Assembly: GCA_947461425.1 (NCBI GenBank)
Contig: CANHKZ010000001.1
Coordinates: forward strand, 1,346-65,345
Origin: Flavobacteriaceae bacterium
GTDB lineage: Bacteria; Bacteroidota; Bacteroidia; Flavobacteriales; Flavobacteriaceae
Length of the DNA stretch: 64,000 nucleotides
Reading direction: 5' to 3'
Shown: positions 26,383 to 36,586 of the stretch, one piece after another
Layout of the letters: every line of letters starts with the position of its first letter
How positions within the stretch are numbered: position 1 is the stretch's first letter
Notes under the pieces: model-generated
What the model saw: the letters and a program-made list of their open reading frames with translations, nothing else
Told to the model about the DNA's origin: nothing
Database searches by the model: none
Program-made: the position numbers and the translations under genes

Positions 26383-27888
26383 TTATAAACTAGTGATCGC
26401 TTTTTGAATTCGCTGAATAGTTTCTTGTTTTCCTATCAATTCAGCTATGTCAAATAAGTGAGGCCCTTTTAGAGCGCCAACCAAACTCAAACGAAACGGT
26501 TGCATTATTTTTCCCATTCCAATTTCGTTTTGAATCATCCATTCTTTTACAACGGTTTCTATTGTTGTAGCAGTAAAGTCTTCAATTCCGTCTAAAACAG
26601 CAATTAAATTTTGCATGAAAGCAGGTGTTTCTGAATTCCAGTTTTTGGTTGCTTTTTCGTCATAAGAAGTTGGTGCAGCAAAAAAGTAATTACTCAAATC
26701 CCAAAACTCCGACACAAAATGCGCGCGTTCTTTAATTAAAGAAACAATGGCAATCAATTTCTCTTCGTCTATTGAAATTCCTTTTTCTTTTAAAACAGGA
26801 GCGAAATCATTCGCTAAGTCAGCATCGGTTTGTTGCATTAAATATTGGTGATTGAACCATTTATTTTTTTCAGGATCAAATTTAGCGCCAGCTTTGTGCA
26901 CTCGATTTAAATCGAAATTTTCCGCTAATTCTTCCAAAGAAAACAATTCTTTTTCGGTGCCGTCATTCCAACCCAATAAGGCTAAAAAGTTAATTACGGC
27001 TTCTGGAAAAAATCCATTTTCTCTGTAACCTGATGAAACTCCTTCTGAAGTTGTCCATTCTAAAGGAAACACGGGGAATCCCATTTTATCACCATCTCTT
27101 TTGGATAATTTTCCGTTTCCAATCGGCTTTAAAATCAAAGGCAAATGCGCAAATTCAGGAGCTTCCCAGCCAAAGGCGCGGTACAACAAAACGTGTAATG
27201 GCATAGACGGCAACCATTCTTCGCCACGAATAACATGTGAGGTTTCCATTAAATGATCGTCTACAATATTAGCCAAATGATAGGTTGGCATTCCATCACT
27301 TTTAAACAACACCTTATCGTCTAATAAATTGGCGTCAAATTTTACTTCGCCACGAATGATGTCTTGTAAATGTAAGGTTTCGTTTATTGGAGTTTTAAAT
27401 CGGATCACATACTCTTCACCAGCTGCAATTCTTTTTTCGGTTATTTCTTTAGATAAGACCAAAGAAGTATCTAATTTTTCACGATTGTGCCAATTATAAA
27501 TAAATGTCTTTCCTTGTTCTTCCTGTTGTTTTCTATGAAAATCCAAACTTTCGGCAGTGTCAAATGCATAATAGGCATTTCCGGATTTTATTAATTGGTC
27601 GGCATATTGTTGGTACAATTCTTTTCTTTCGGATTGTCGATATGGCCCAAATTTTTCATTCTTTCCAACGGTCTCGTCAGGAGAGATGCCCAACCAATTT
27701 AAAGCTTCTAAAATGTATTCTTCAGCTCCAGGAACAAAACGATTTTGGTCGGTGTCTTCAATTCGTAAATAGAAAATACCGTTGTGTTTTTTTGCAAATA
27801 GATAATTGAAAAGCGCCGTTCTCACACCGCCAATATGTAATGGTCCAGTTGGACTGGGCGCAAAACGCACACGAACTTGTTTAGACAT
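26383..27888 (-). CDS. gltX: glutamate--tRNA ligase
   Basis: RFAPSPTGPLHIGG and KLSKR motifs. Confidence 0.97.
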   Translation of the reverse strand: MSKQVRVRFAPSPTGPLHIGGVRTALFNYLFAKKHNGIFYLRIEDTDQNRFVPGAEEYILEALNWLGISPDETVGKNEKFGPYRQSERKELYQQYADQLIKSGNAYYAFDTAESLDFHRKQQEEQGKTFIYNWHNREKLDTSLVLSKEITEKRIAAGEEYVIRFKTPINETLHLQDIIRGEVKFDANLLDDKVLFKSDGMPTYHLANIVDDHLMETSHVIRGEEWLPSMPLHVLLYRAFGWEAPEFAHLPLILKPIGNGKLSKRDGDKMGFPVFPLEWTTSEGVSSGYRENGFFPEAVINFLALLGWNDGTEKELFSLEELAENFDLNRVHKAGAKFDPEKNKWFNHQYLMQQTDADLANDFAPVLKEKGISIDEEKLIAIVSLIKERAHFVSEFWDLSNYFFAAPTSYDEKATKNWNSETPAFMQNLIAVLDGIEDFTATTIETVVKEWMIQNEIGMGKIMQPFRLSLVGALKGPHLFDIAELIGKQETIQRIQKAITSL

Positions 27889-27916
27889 TATTGGAAAATT
27901 TTGTGCAAAGATACAA

Positions 27917-28948
27917 TTATGGCTTCATTTCCAAAGGAATTCTTTTATTCATTATAGCAAACCAAATTGGAGGGAAGAAGGACAAAACCATCGAAGTTGG
28001 ATATCCAAATGGCATTTGAGGTGAAACATCGTGGTATTCTAAAATTTGGTATTTTTTTTGCGATTTGTAATGGTGATCGCTGTGTCGCGTTAGTTCATAA
28101 AGTATAATTCTACCTAACACATGATTGGAATTCCAAGAATGTTTTTCGCTTACACGCTCATATCTTCCAGAAACAAGTTGGTTTCTCTTTAAACCATAAT
28201 GTTCTATATAGTTAATGGTTTCTAATAATAAGAACCCTACAGCTCCTGAAAATAAACCGACAATGAATCCGATAAAATCAAAGAAATAATAAACCGAAAA
28301 CAAATAACTAATTTGAATAATTGTAAACCAAATCATGTCATTCTTAATCGAATACCAAGTCCGATTTTCAATTTGATTCAGTTTCTTTTGAATTTGCCAT
28401 GCTTTGATGTAAGTACCCATTACTGTTTGAAACCAAAACAAATATAAATTCTGATTGTATTTTGCTGTTGATGGATCTTCGGGAGTGGAAACGTGTAAAT
28501 GATGTCCGTGATTGTGTTCGATAAAAAAATGGGTGTAGTGAGACGGAATTAGAAGGATTTTTCCAAGAATTCTTTCTAGTACTTTTTCTCTGTGTCCTAG
28601 TTCATGCGCTACATTTATCCCGTTAGAACCAAGAATAATTCCTAAACTTAAAGTCGTTCCAATTACTTCAGATAGCGATAAATCACTATGAGAGATTTTA
28701 TACAATGTGAAAACTAATGAACTATAAACAATAGGAACGTTTAAATATAATAAAATATCAAACCATTTGTTTTTTATCCGGTTTTGAATTTCCGGTTCTG
28801 TATAATTTATTTTATTTACTGGCAACAATAATTCTAAAACAGGTAATAAAACAAAGGTAAAAATCAAAGCAGCATAACACCATGCCCCCCCATAATAAAT
28901 TCCTAAAATGCCTACAATAGGAATACTATATGCTAGTAAATACTTCAT
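27917..28948 (-). CDS. alkB: alkane 1-monooxygenase (membrane di-iron hydroxylase, AlkB type)
   Basis: His boxes HELGH, EHNHGHH, NYIEHYGL and LTRHSDHH. Confidence 0.9.
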   Translation of the reverse strand: MKYLLAYSIPIVGILGIYYGGAWCYAALIFTFVLLPVLELLLPVNKINYTEPEIQNRIKNKWFDILLYLNVPIVYSSLVFTLYKISHSDLSLSEVIGTTLSLGIILGSNGINVAHELGHREKVLERILGKILLIPSHYTHFFIEHNHGHHLHVSTPEDPSTAKYNQNLYLFWFQTVMGTYIKAWQIQKKLNQIENRTWYSIKNDMIWFTIIQISYLFSVYYFFDFIGFIVGLFSGAVGFLLLETINYIEHYGLKRNQLVSGRYERVSEKHSWNSNHVLGRIILYELTRHSDHHYKSQKKYQILEYHDVSPQMPFGYPTSMVLSFFPPIWFAIMNKRIPLEMKP

Positions 28949-29079
28949 ATTCAGTTTAATTAGGTTTTAAAATTGGCAAAAATTTAGCAATTAACAAATT
29001 TTTTCTTTGACTTTTTCTTAACGCTTTCTTATTTAATTAAAATTGTACATTTATTGACCATAACAAACAGGCACAAAAA

Positions 29080-32000
29080 TTGTCAGATTCAACTATTATT
29101 TTTCAAAAGTTAGAAGACTTTACAAGAAAGTATTATACCAACGAATTGTTGCGAGGCAAAATCTTTTTCGTTGGTTTAGGGTTATTGTATTTTATTTTCA
29201 CGCTATTTGTTGAGCACTTTCTTTGGCTTAGGCCGATGGAGCGCACCGTTTTGTTTTGTTTGTTTATTATCGTTGAAATGATTTTATTGGTTCGGCTGAT
29301 TTTGTTTCCTTTTTCCAAATTGGTTAAACTCCAAAAAGGAATTGACCACCAACAAGCCTCTGAAATTATTGGAAGTCATTTTAACGAAGTAGGGGATAAA
29401 TTGATTAATTTTCTTCAGTTGGCACAAAACACAGACAGGTCCGAATTGTTGTTGGCGTCGATCCAACAAAAATCAATGGAACTACAACCAATTCCTTTTA
29501 CTAATGCGGTTAATTTTAGAACTAATAAGAAGTATCTACCATGGGCTTTGTTGCCATTAGTGTTCATTTTCTTTTTTTATGCAACAGGCAATGGTACTAT
29601 TCTCTCCCAAAGCTTTGACAGAGTGCTGCATTTTAACACTCCATTTTCTCCTCCGGCCCCTTTTCAATTTCAAATCCTTAACGCTAGTTTAATTACTGAA
29701 GAAAACAAAGATTTTACAATTCGTGTCTTGACTCGCGGAAAGGCAGTTCCTGAAAAAACAATTATTTTTTTTAATAATGAAAGTTATTTCATGGAAACAA
29801 TTAGCCCTGGTGAATTTGAATTTACAGTTACGCACCCGACACAAGATTTGACTTTCCGTCTAGAAGCCAACGAAATTAGATCTATAGATTATCAATTAAA
29901 AATAGTTGCAGTTCCTTCTATCACTAATTTTGTAATGCAATTGCGTTTTCCGTCTTATTTGAAAAAGAAACCCCAAATTATCCAAGGAACAGGAAACGCT
30001 ATTGTGCCAGAAGGCACTCAAATTCTTTGGAAAGCTACCACACAAGCCACTCAAAGCATGAGCTGGAAAAGTGTCGGGACCGCGCTATCTTTTACTAAGA
30101 AAGGAAATCAATTTCTTTTCTCAAAAAATATCTTACAAAACACAGACTATCAGATCAGTAGTTCTAATTCTACTGCAAAATACAATGAAAAATTAAATTA
30201 TCAACTAGCTGTAATAAAAGATCAATTTCCAATTATTCAAGTTAACCAAGCTCCAGACAGTTTAAAGCTTGGAACAAATTATTGTGTGGGTCAAATTTCT
30301 GACGATTACGGCTTATCTAAGCTTCAGATAGTGTATTATCCCAAAAACAAACCCTCTAATGTTAATCGCGGAACGATACCAATAAAAACAGAAGTTTTTG
30401 ACCAATTTATTTTTTTGTTTCCAAGCAATTTGGCCGTTCATGCCGGGATTGATTACGAATATTATTTTGAAGTGTTTGACAATGACTTGATGCATCATTT
30501 TAAACGAACTAAATCACCTCTGTTTTCTTCTCGTATAGCTACAGCCGAAGAGAAAGAAGAACAATCGTTACAGCAGCAATCTGAAAATAGTGTTGGACTA
30601 GAGAATTCGCTTAAGTTTCAAGAAAAGCAATTGTTAGAAATTGATCAATTGAAAAAACTCGGAAAAGAAAAAAAAGAATTTGAATTCAAAGAACAGCAAA
30701 AAGTTGAGTATTTCTTGAAGCGTCAAAAAAACCAAGAACAACTCATACAGGAATTTGCCGAGAAGATGAAAGAAAATTTAGAAAATTTCAAGTCAGATCA
30801 AAAAGACCTTTTGAAAGACGATCTAGTAAAACGTTTTGAAAAAGCGACGCAAGACTCCAATAAAAACAAAAAGTCGTTAGAAGAACTTCAACAATTAAAC
30901 GACAAAATTGGCGCAGAGGAGTTGCTTCAAAATTTAGACAATTACAAACAACAAAGTAAAAACCAAACTAAAAATTTAGCGCAATTAGTGGAGTTGACCA
31001 AGCGCTTTTTTGTAGATAAGAAAGCAGGTCAACTAGCCAGAAAGTTAGATCAGCTTTCTGATAAGCAAGAACAATTGTCTAACAACCAAAAAGAAAACAA
31101 ATTCGATGCGCAAGAAGGTATTAACTATGCGTTTGATAAGATTCAAAAAGAATTAACAGAACTTCAAAAAGACAATAACGAATTAATAACCCCATTGGAT
31201 CTCCCAAAAGAAGATAGTAGAGAAAAAAGCATTGATGTTGACTTAAAAAAAGCGCTGAACGAATTGCAGCAAAACAACCCTAAAAAAGCACAACCTAAGC
31301 AAAAATCTGCTGCTAGTAAAATGAAAGAAATGTCTCAAAAAATGAAAGAGAGCATGGAGTCCTCCGAAATGGAACAATTACAAGAAGATGTGATAATGCT
31401 GCGCCAAATCACCGATAATCTTTTAGCATTTTCAAACGCTCAAGAAGAAGTGATGAAGCAATTTAAATCCTCAAAACCCGCTTCGCCCTCCTTTAATAAG
31501 AATATTAAAACACAACAGAATCTAAAGCAGCAATTTAAACATGTTGACGACAGTTTGTTTGCAATGTCGTTGCGCAATCCAAAAATTGCCGAAGAGATCA
31601 CAAAACAAGTGGGCAATGTAGAATATAACATAAACGCAGCTATTGAAACACTTACGAATTCTCAATTTAGCAAAGGAATTTCCTACCAACAATACGCCGT
31701 TTCAAATGCTAATATATTAGCAGACAGATTGAGCGATATGTTGTTCAATATGCAAATGTCTTTGTCTGGAATGAGTAGCGGCAAACCAAAACCAGGTCAA
31801 GGTCAAGGGATGCAATTGCCAGACATCATTAAAAAGCAACAAGGCATCGGGGAACAAATCAAGCAAGGAATGAAAGATAATGGCCAAGACGGCAAATCAG
31901 GAAAGCCACAAAAGAACAGTCAAGGCGGCGAAGATGGCGAAGGTAATGCCGAAGCTATTATGCAAATTTATAAAGAGCAACGCAAACTTAGAGAGACTCT

Positions 32001-32349
32001 TGAAAACGAATTAGAAAAGCAAGGATTGGGCAGCCAAGGGCAGTTGGTTATAGAACAGATAAAACAGTTAGAAAAGCAATTGGTAAATAAAGGATTTAAT
32101 AAAGAAACAATTCAAAAAGCAAATGGTATCCAACAAGAATTGTTGAAACTAAAGACTGCTTTGCAGCAACAAGGAGAAGAAAGTAAACGCGAATCACAAA
32201 CCAACCAAAGACACTATTTAAATTCATCTAGTTCTTTGCCTAAGCCATTGTTAGAATATTTTAATAGCATTGAGATATTAAACCGACAATCATTACCTTT
32301 GCGCTCGAATTTTAATATCAAGGTTCAAAATTATTTCAACATAAAATGA
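29080..32349 (+). CDS. large membrane-anchored coiled-coil protein (DUF4175-like)
   Basis: 1089 aa, TTG start, three N-terminal TMs, DDYGL motif, Q/E/K-rich C-terminus; overlaps the ybeY start. Confidence 0.75.
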   Translation: MSDSTIIFQKLEDFTRKYYTNELLRGKIFFVGLGLLYFIFTLFVEHFLWLRPMERTVLFCLFIIVEMILLVRLILFPFSKLVKLQKGIDHQQASEIIGSHFNEVGDKLINFLQLAQNTDRSELLLASIQQKSMELQPIPFTNAVNFRTNKKYLPWALLPLVFIFFFYATGNGTILSQSFDRVLHFNTPFSPPAPFQFQILNASLITEENKDFTIRVLTRGKAVPEKTIIFFNNESYFMETISPGEFEFTVTHPTQDLTFRLEANEIRSIDYQLKIVAVPSITNFVMQLRFPSYLKKKPQIIQGTGNAIVPEGTQILWKATTQATQSMSWKSVGTALSFTKKGNQFLFSKNILQNTDYQISSSNSTAKYNEKLNYQLAVIKDQFPIIQVNQAPDSLKLGTNYCVGQISDDYGLSKLQIVYYPKNKPSNVNRGTIPIKTEVFDQFIFLFPSNLAVHAGIDYEYYFEVFDNDLMHHFKRTKSPLFSSRIATAEEKEEQSLQQQSENSVGLENSLKFQEKQLLEIDQLKKLGKEKKEFEFKEQQKVEYFLKRQKNQEQLIQEFAEKMKENLENFKSDQKDLLKDDLVKRFEKATQDSNKNKKSLEELQQLNDKIGAEELLQNLDNYKQQSKNQTKNLAQLVELTKRFFVDKKAGQLARKLDQLSDKQEQLSNNQKENKFDAQEGINYAFDKIQKELTELQKDNNELITPLDLPKEDSREKSIDVDLKKALNELQQNNPKKAQPKQKSAASKMKEMSQKMKESMESSEMEQLQEDVIMLRQITDNLLAFSNAQEEVMKQFKSSKPASPSFNKNIKTQQNLKQQFKHVDDSLFAMSLRNPKIAEEITKQVGNVEYNINAAIETLTNSQFSKGISYQQYAVSNANILADRLSDMLFNMQMSLSGMSSGKPKPGQGQGMQLPDIIKKQQGIGEQIKQGMKDNGQDGKSGKPQKNSQGGEDGEGNAEAIMQIYKEQRKLRETLENELEKQGLGSQGQLVIEQIKQLEKQLVNKGFNKETIQKANGIQQELLKLKTALQQQGEESKRESQTNQRHYLNSSSSLPKPLLEYFNSIEILNRQSLPLRSNFNIKVQNYFNIK

Positions 32350-32765
32350 TCGATTTTAATTACGAAACCAACTTTAATTTAGAGAATGAAGATGCCATAT
32401 CCTTGTGGCTGTCTCAGGTAATTGTCTCTGAAGACAAGAAAGAGGGCGAGATTAATTATATTTTTTGTGATGACGATTACCTTTTAAAAATTAATATTGA
32501 ATACCTTAATCACGATACTCTAACCGACATTATTAGTTTCGACTATACAATGGGCAACGAGTTAAATGGCGATATTTTTGTTTCAGTACCAAGAGTTCAA
32601 GACAACGCAAATGATTTTAATGTTTCTTTTGAAGAAGAGTTAAAAAGGGTTTTGGTTCACGGACTGTTACACTATTGCGGATATAATGACAAAACAGAAG
32701 CAGACGAGCAATTAATGCGTTCTAAAGAAGACGAAAAGCTGGCCATGTTTCACGTGGAACAATAA
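32346..32765 (+). CDS. ybeY: rRNA maturation endoribonuclease YbeY
   Basis: TDIISF, GDIFVS and HGLLHYCGYND motifs. Confidence 0.93.
   Translation: MIDFNYETNFNLENEDAISLWLSQVIVSEDKKEGEINYIFCDDDYLLKINIEYLNHDTLTDIISFDYTMGNELNGDIFVSVPRVQDNANDFNVSFEEELKRVLVHGLLHYCGYNDKTEADEQLMRSKEDEKLAMFHVEQ
32746..32761. other. parS site 1 (within the ybeY 3' end)
   Basis: TGTTTCACGTGGAACA, 15/16 to consensus TGTTTCACGTGAAACA. Confidence 0.88.
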
Positions 32766-32791
32766 CGGATTAAATATAATTATTCACAATA

Positions 32792-32807
32792 TGTTTCACG
32801 TGGAACA
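32792..32807. other. parS site 2
   Basis: TGTTTCACGTGGAACA. Confidence 0.88.
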
Positions 32808-32863
32808 AGTACTAAAAAAAGAATTCAATTCACAATCCATAAATTGGATTAAAATCATAAAAA

Positions 32864-34735
32864 ATGTTTCTAAACAAGTATGATGTCATTGTTGTTGGTG
32901 CGGGTCACGCAGGCTGTGAGGCCGCAGCTGCAGCTGCTAACTTAGGGTCCACAACATTGTTGGTCACAATGAGCTTACAAAACATTGCTCAAATGTCTTG
33001 CAATCCTGCCATGGGCGGTATTGCAAAAGGACAAATTGTACGTGAGATTGACGCTTTGGGGGGTTATTCAGGAATTGTTTCTGACAGGACGGCTATACAG
33101 TTTAAAATGCTGAACAAGTCCAAAGGACCCGCTATGTGGTCTCCACGAGTGCAGAGTGATAGAATGCGTTTTTCAGAAGAATGGAGAATGATGTTGGAGG
33201 CAACTAAGAATCTTGATTTTTATCAAGAAATGGTAAGTGGTTTAATTATTGAAAACGGCAAAATTTTAGGCGTTAGAACATCTCTTGGTTTAGAGATTAA
33301 ATCCAAATCGGTTGTTTTGACTAATGGTACTTTTCTGAATGGATTGATTCATATTGGAGAAAAACAATTTGGTGGTGGTAGAGCTGGAGAAAGCGCTTCT
33401 TTTGGGATCACTGAAGATTTGGTTAAAGCGGGTTTTCAAGCTGGAAGAATGAAAACAGGAACTCCTCCGCGTGTTGACGGACGCTCGTTGGACTACTCTA
33501 AAATGAACGAAGAAAAAGGAGATGCCAAACCGGATAAGTTTTCGTATTCGGATGTCACCTCGCCCTTGATTCATCAAAGATCCTGTCACATGACGTATAC
33601 TTCTTTAGATGTTCATGATATTTTACGAGAAGGTTTTGATCGTTCGCCAATGTTTAATGGCCGAATTAAAAGTTTAGGCCCAAGATACTGTCCGTCTATT
33701 GAAGATAAAATCAATCGTTTTGCTGATAAAGAAAGGCATCAGTTGTTTGTAGAGCCTGAGGGCTGGAAAACCTGTGAAGTCTATGTGAATGGTTTTTCTA
33801 CTTCTTTACCAGAAGACATACAGTTTAAAGCATTAAGTTCTGTAGCTGGATTCGAAAAAGTCAAATTTTTACGACCAGGTTACGCCATTGAATATGATTA
33901 TTTTCCTCCTACACAATTGAGACACACTTTAGAAACAAAGTTGATCGAAGGCCTTTATTTTGCTGGACAGATTAACGGCACAACTGGATATGAAGAAGCG
34001 GCTTCTCAAGGATTGATGGCTGGTATTAATGCACATTTAAAAGTTCACGAAAAACCACCGTTAATTTTAAAAAGAGACGAAGCGTATATAGGGGTGTTAA
34101 TTGACGATTTAATTACGAAAGGAACAGAAGAGCCTTATAGAATGTTTACTTCTCGTGCTGAATACAGAACTTTATTGCGTCAAGATAATGCAGATTTTAG
34201 ATTGACTCCAATGTCACATGAAATAGGACTAGCTTCCGAAGCGCGTTTACGGCGCATGGATTTTAAATTAAAGGAATCAGAAAAAATGGTCAATTTTTTC
34301 AAAGAGACTAGTGTTTCTGTCGCAGAAACCAATCCGATATTGGAAGCTAAATCAACGGCTCTTATTTCTCAAGGAGATAAAATGTATAAAATATTTTCAC
34401 GTCCTCAAATTAATTTAGAAGACATGCTGCAGTTTGAAAAAGTAGCGGCTTATGTTGAAGAAAATAATTTAGATCAAGAAGTTATTGAGCAAGCTGAAAT
34501 TCAGGTCAAGTACTCCGGATATATTGAAAAAGAGCGAAACAACGCAGATAAATTGACTCGATTGGAAGATGTAAAAATCCCAGAAAACTTCGATTATAAT
34601 AAAATTAAATCAATGTCGATAGAAGCGAAACAAAAGCTGAGTAACATTAAACCAGCTACTATAGCACAAGCCTCTAGAATAAGCGGTGTGTCACCTAGCG
34701 ACATTTCGGTCTTATTAATTTATATGGGTAGATAA
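32864..34735 (+). CDS. mnmG: tRNA U34 carboxymethylaminomethyl modification enzyme MnmG (GidA)
   Basis: GAGHAGCEAA, MSCNPAMGG, GPRYCPSIEDK and GQINGTTGYEEAA motifs. Confidence 0.97.
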   Translation: MFLNKYDVIVVGAGHAGCEAAAAAANLGSTTLLVTMSLQNIAQMSCNPAMGGIAKGQIVREIDALGGYSGIVSDRTAIQFKMLNKSKGPAMWSPRVQSDRMRFSEEWRMMLEATKNLDFYQEMVSGLIIENGKILGVRTSLGLEIKSKSVVLTNGTFLNGLIHIGEKQFGGGRAGESASFGITEDLVKAGFQAGRMKTGTPPRVDGRSLDYSKMNEEKGDAKPDKFSYSDVTSPLIHQRSCHMTYTSLDVHDILREGFDRSPMFNGRIKSLGPRYCPSIEDKINRFADKERHQLFVEPEGWKTCEVYVNGFSTSLPEDIQFKALSSVAGFEKVKFLRPGYAIEYDYFPPTQLRHTLETKLIEGLYFAGQINGTTGYEEAASQGLMAGINAHLKVHEKPPLILKRDEAYIGVLIDDLITKGTEEPYRMFTSRAEYRTLLRQDNADFRLTPMSHEIGLASEARLRRMDFKLKESEKMVNFFKETSVSVAETNPILEAKSTALISQGDKMYKIFSRPQINLEDMLQFEKVAAYVEENNLDQEVIEQAEIQVKYSGYIEKERNNADKLTRLEDVKIPENFDYNKIKSMSIEAKQKLSNIKPATIAQASRISGVSPSDISVLLIYMGR

Positions 34736-34737
34736 AA

Positions 34738-34753
34738 TGTTCCACGTGAAACC
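34738..34753. other. parS site 3
   Basis: TGTTCCACGTGAAACC directly after the mnmG stop. Confidence 0.8.
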
Positions 34754-34806
34754 ACCCTGTAAAGACTTGTTTTTAAAAGGATTTAAAATAAAAGAATATA
34801 ATAAAA

Positions 34807-35655
34807 ATGGACATTTCAAATAAAAAACATTTTCTTGCCGTAACCGATTATTCGGTTTCTAAAGAAATTTTCGAACTGTATCAAGACGAGGAGTTGGATA
34901 TGTTAATTACACATCCGCAACCCAGTTTAGATGAGTTGGGAAAATATTATGAAAGCACTGATTATATTTCACACACGGATAGCAAACGCACTTTATTTGA
35001 AAAAGCCTATCATTTCGTAAAAGGCATTGCTTTAAAAAAGAAACTCAATTTAATTAATTCGTTACAGAAAACCAAAGGCGCAATTTTAGATGTTGGAGCT
35101 GGCACAGGAGAATTTCTTTTAGTGGCACAACTAAACGGTTGGCAAACAATAGGAGTGGAACCCAGCGACAAAGCAAAACAAATTGCGAGGAACAAAGGGG
35201 TTTCTTTTGTAGACACTCTTGCTCAATTAGAAGACCATTCTTTTGATGTAATTACAATGTGGCATGTTTTAGAACACGTTCCTGATTTGAATCACCAAAT
35301 CAAGGAATTAAAGCGTTTGTTAAAACCAACAGGTTCTTTAATTATTGCTGTTCCAAATTTTAAATCTTTTGATGCACAATATTATGGAAAATATTGGGCT
35401 GCTTATGATGTGCCAATTCATTTTTGGCACTTCTCAAAAACTGCCATTCAAAAATTATTTCAAAAAGAGCAAATGGAATTAGTTAAAATTCTACCTATGA
35501 AATTTGATTCGTTTTATGTAAGTCTATTGTCCGAAAAGTACAAAACAGGTAGAATGAATTTTGCGAAAGCATTTTTCGTCGGATTATGGTCTAATATTAA
35601 AGGAAAATCTGATTTAGAGTATTCTTCTCATATTTACGTCCTGAAAAATTGGTAA
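34807..35655 (+). CDS. class I SAM-dependent methyltransferase
   Basis: ILDVGAGTGEF and FDVITMWHVLEHV motifs. Confidence 0.9.
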   Translation: MDISNKKHFLAVTDYSVSKEIFELYQDEELDMLITHPQPSLDELGKYYESTDYISHTDSKRTLFEKAYHFVKGIALKKKLNLINSLQKTKGAILDVGAGTGEFLLVAQLNGWQTIGVEPSDKAKQIARNKGVSFVDTLAQLEDHSFDVITMWHVLEHVPDLNHQIKELKRLLKPTGSLIIAVPNFKSFDAQYYGKYWAAYDVPIHFWHFSKTAIQKLFQKEQMELVKILPMKFDSFYVSLLSEKYKTGRMNFAKAFFVGLWSNIKGKSDLEYSSHIYVLKNW

Positions 35656-35902
35656 AAATCATTTTAAGCGCCTGTAAGGCGCTTAATTTATCTCATAAAA
35701 GGAATTTAGTGTCTTTTTTGAGAACGCATTTTAAAACGTTTAATATAAATCCGTTTTTAATAACTTTGCCTTATAACGATTATAATAGTTATAATAAAAA
35801 CTGATATATTAAATAACACAGCATTTTTCTAAGTTTTTGTTAGGACTATCTATTTTTTTATATTTTTGTCTGATACACTTATAAAATTTACAAATTCACA
35901 AA

Positions 35903-36466
35903 ATGAAAAAAGTATTAGTAATTATTGCACTTTCAATTTCAGTTATTGCTTGTGACAAAAAAACAGAAGTTAAAGAAGTTAAAACAGCGTATGTAGACAC
36001 TTCAAAATTGATGAGCGAATATACAGAAGCAAAAGACCTTGAAGCAAAATACAAAGCTCAAGCAGATGAAAAAGGAAGATTGTTAGAAGCTGAAATTAAT
36101 CGTTTCAAACAGGAGGCGTCAAATTTTCAAGCACAAGCACAAGCCAACGGGCAAGCTTGGGCACAACAAAAAGGAGCTGAATTACAAAAAAGAGAACAAC
36201 AATTGGGTTATGCACAACAACAGTTGTCTCAACAATTGCAACAAGAAAGTGGAAAAGAAATGGATTCTCTGGTTTCAGGTGTGAAAAAATTCATCAAATC
36301 ATATGGAAAAGAAAAAGGATATTCTTATATTTTTGGTACTGGAGATGTAGCTTCGGTATTGTATGCTGAGGATAAATTTGATATCACCAAAGAACTGATT
36401 GCAGCTTTAAATGACAAGTACAAATCAAGCGGAACTAAAGACGATAAAGCAGCTGCTAAAAAGTAA
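35903..36466 (+). CDS. OmpH/Skp family periplasmic chaperone (lipoprotein)
   Basis: Lipobox VIAC, TAYVD, Q-rich coiled coil, YSYIF...DIT C-terminus. Confidence 0.85.
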   Translation: MKKVLVIIALSISVIACDKKTEVKEVKTAYVDTSKLMSEYTEAKDLEAKYKAQADEKGRLLEAEINRFKQEASNFQAQAQANGQAWAQQKGAELQKREQQLGYAQQQLSQQLQQESGKEMDSLVSGVKKFIKSYGKEKGYSYIFGTGDVASVLYAEDKFDITKELIAALNDKYKSSGTKDDKAAAKK

Positions 36467-36483
36467 TTGAAGTTTACTTCTAT

Positions 36484-36523
36484 AAAATGCCTTCATCTTG
36501 AACTAGATTGAAGGCATTTTTTT
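36484..36523 (+). terminator. intrinsic terminator
   Basis: aaaatgccttca...tgaaggcattttttt. Confidence 0.8.
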
Positions 36524-36586
36524 ATAACAATGACTAAAAGAAATATTTATTTTCAATATTTTAGCATTCTCAAATCTATACGCCCA

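Noticed and set aside
35663-35800. Hairpin ttaagcgcc/ggcgcttaa and TTATAA palindromes upstream of the Skp gene
   Set aside because: Could be a terminator or operator, but there is no clear T-tract and AT-only palindromes are expected by chance
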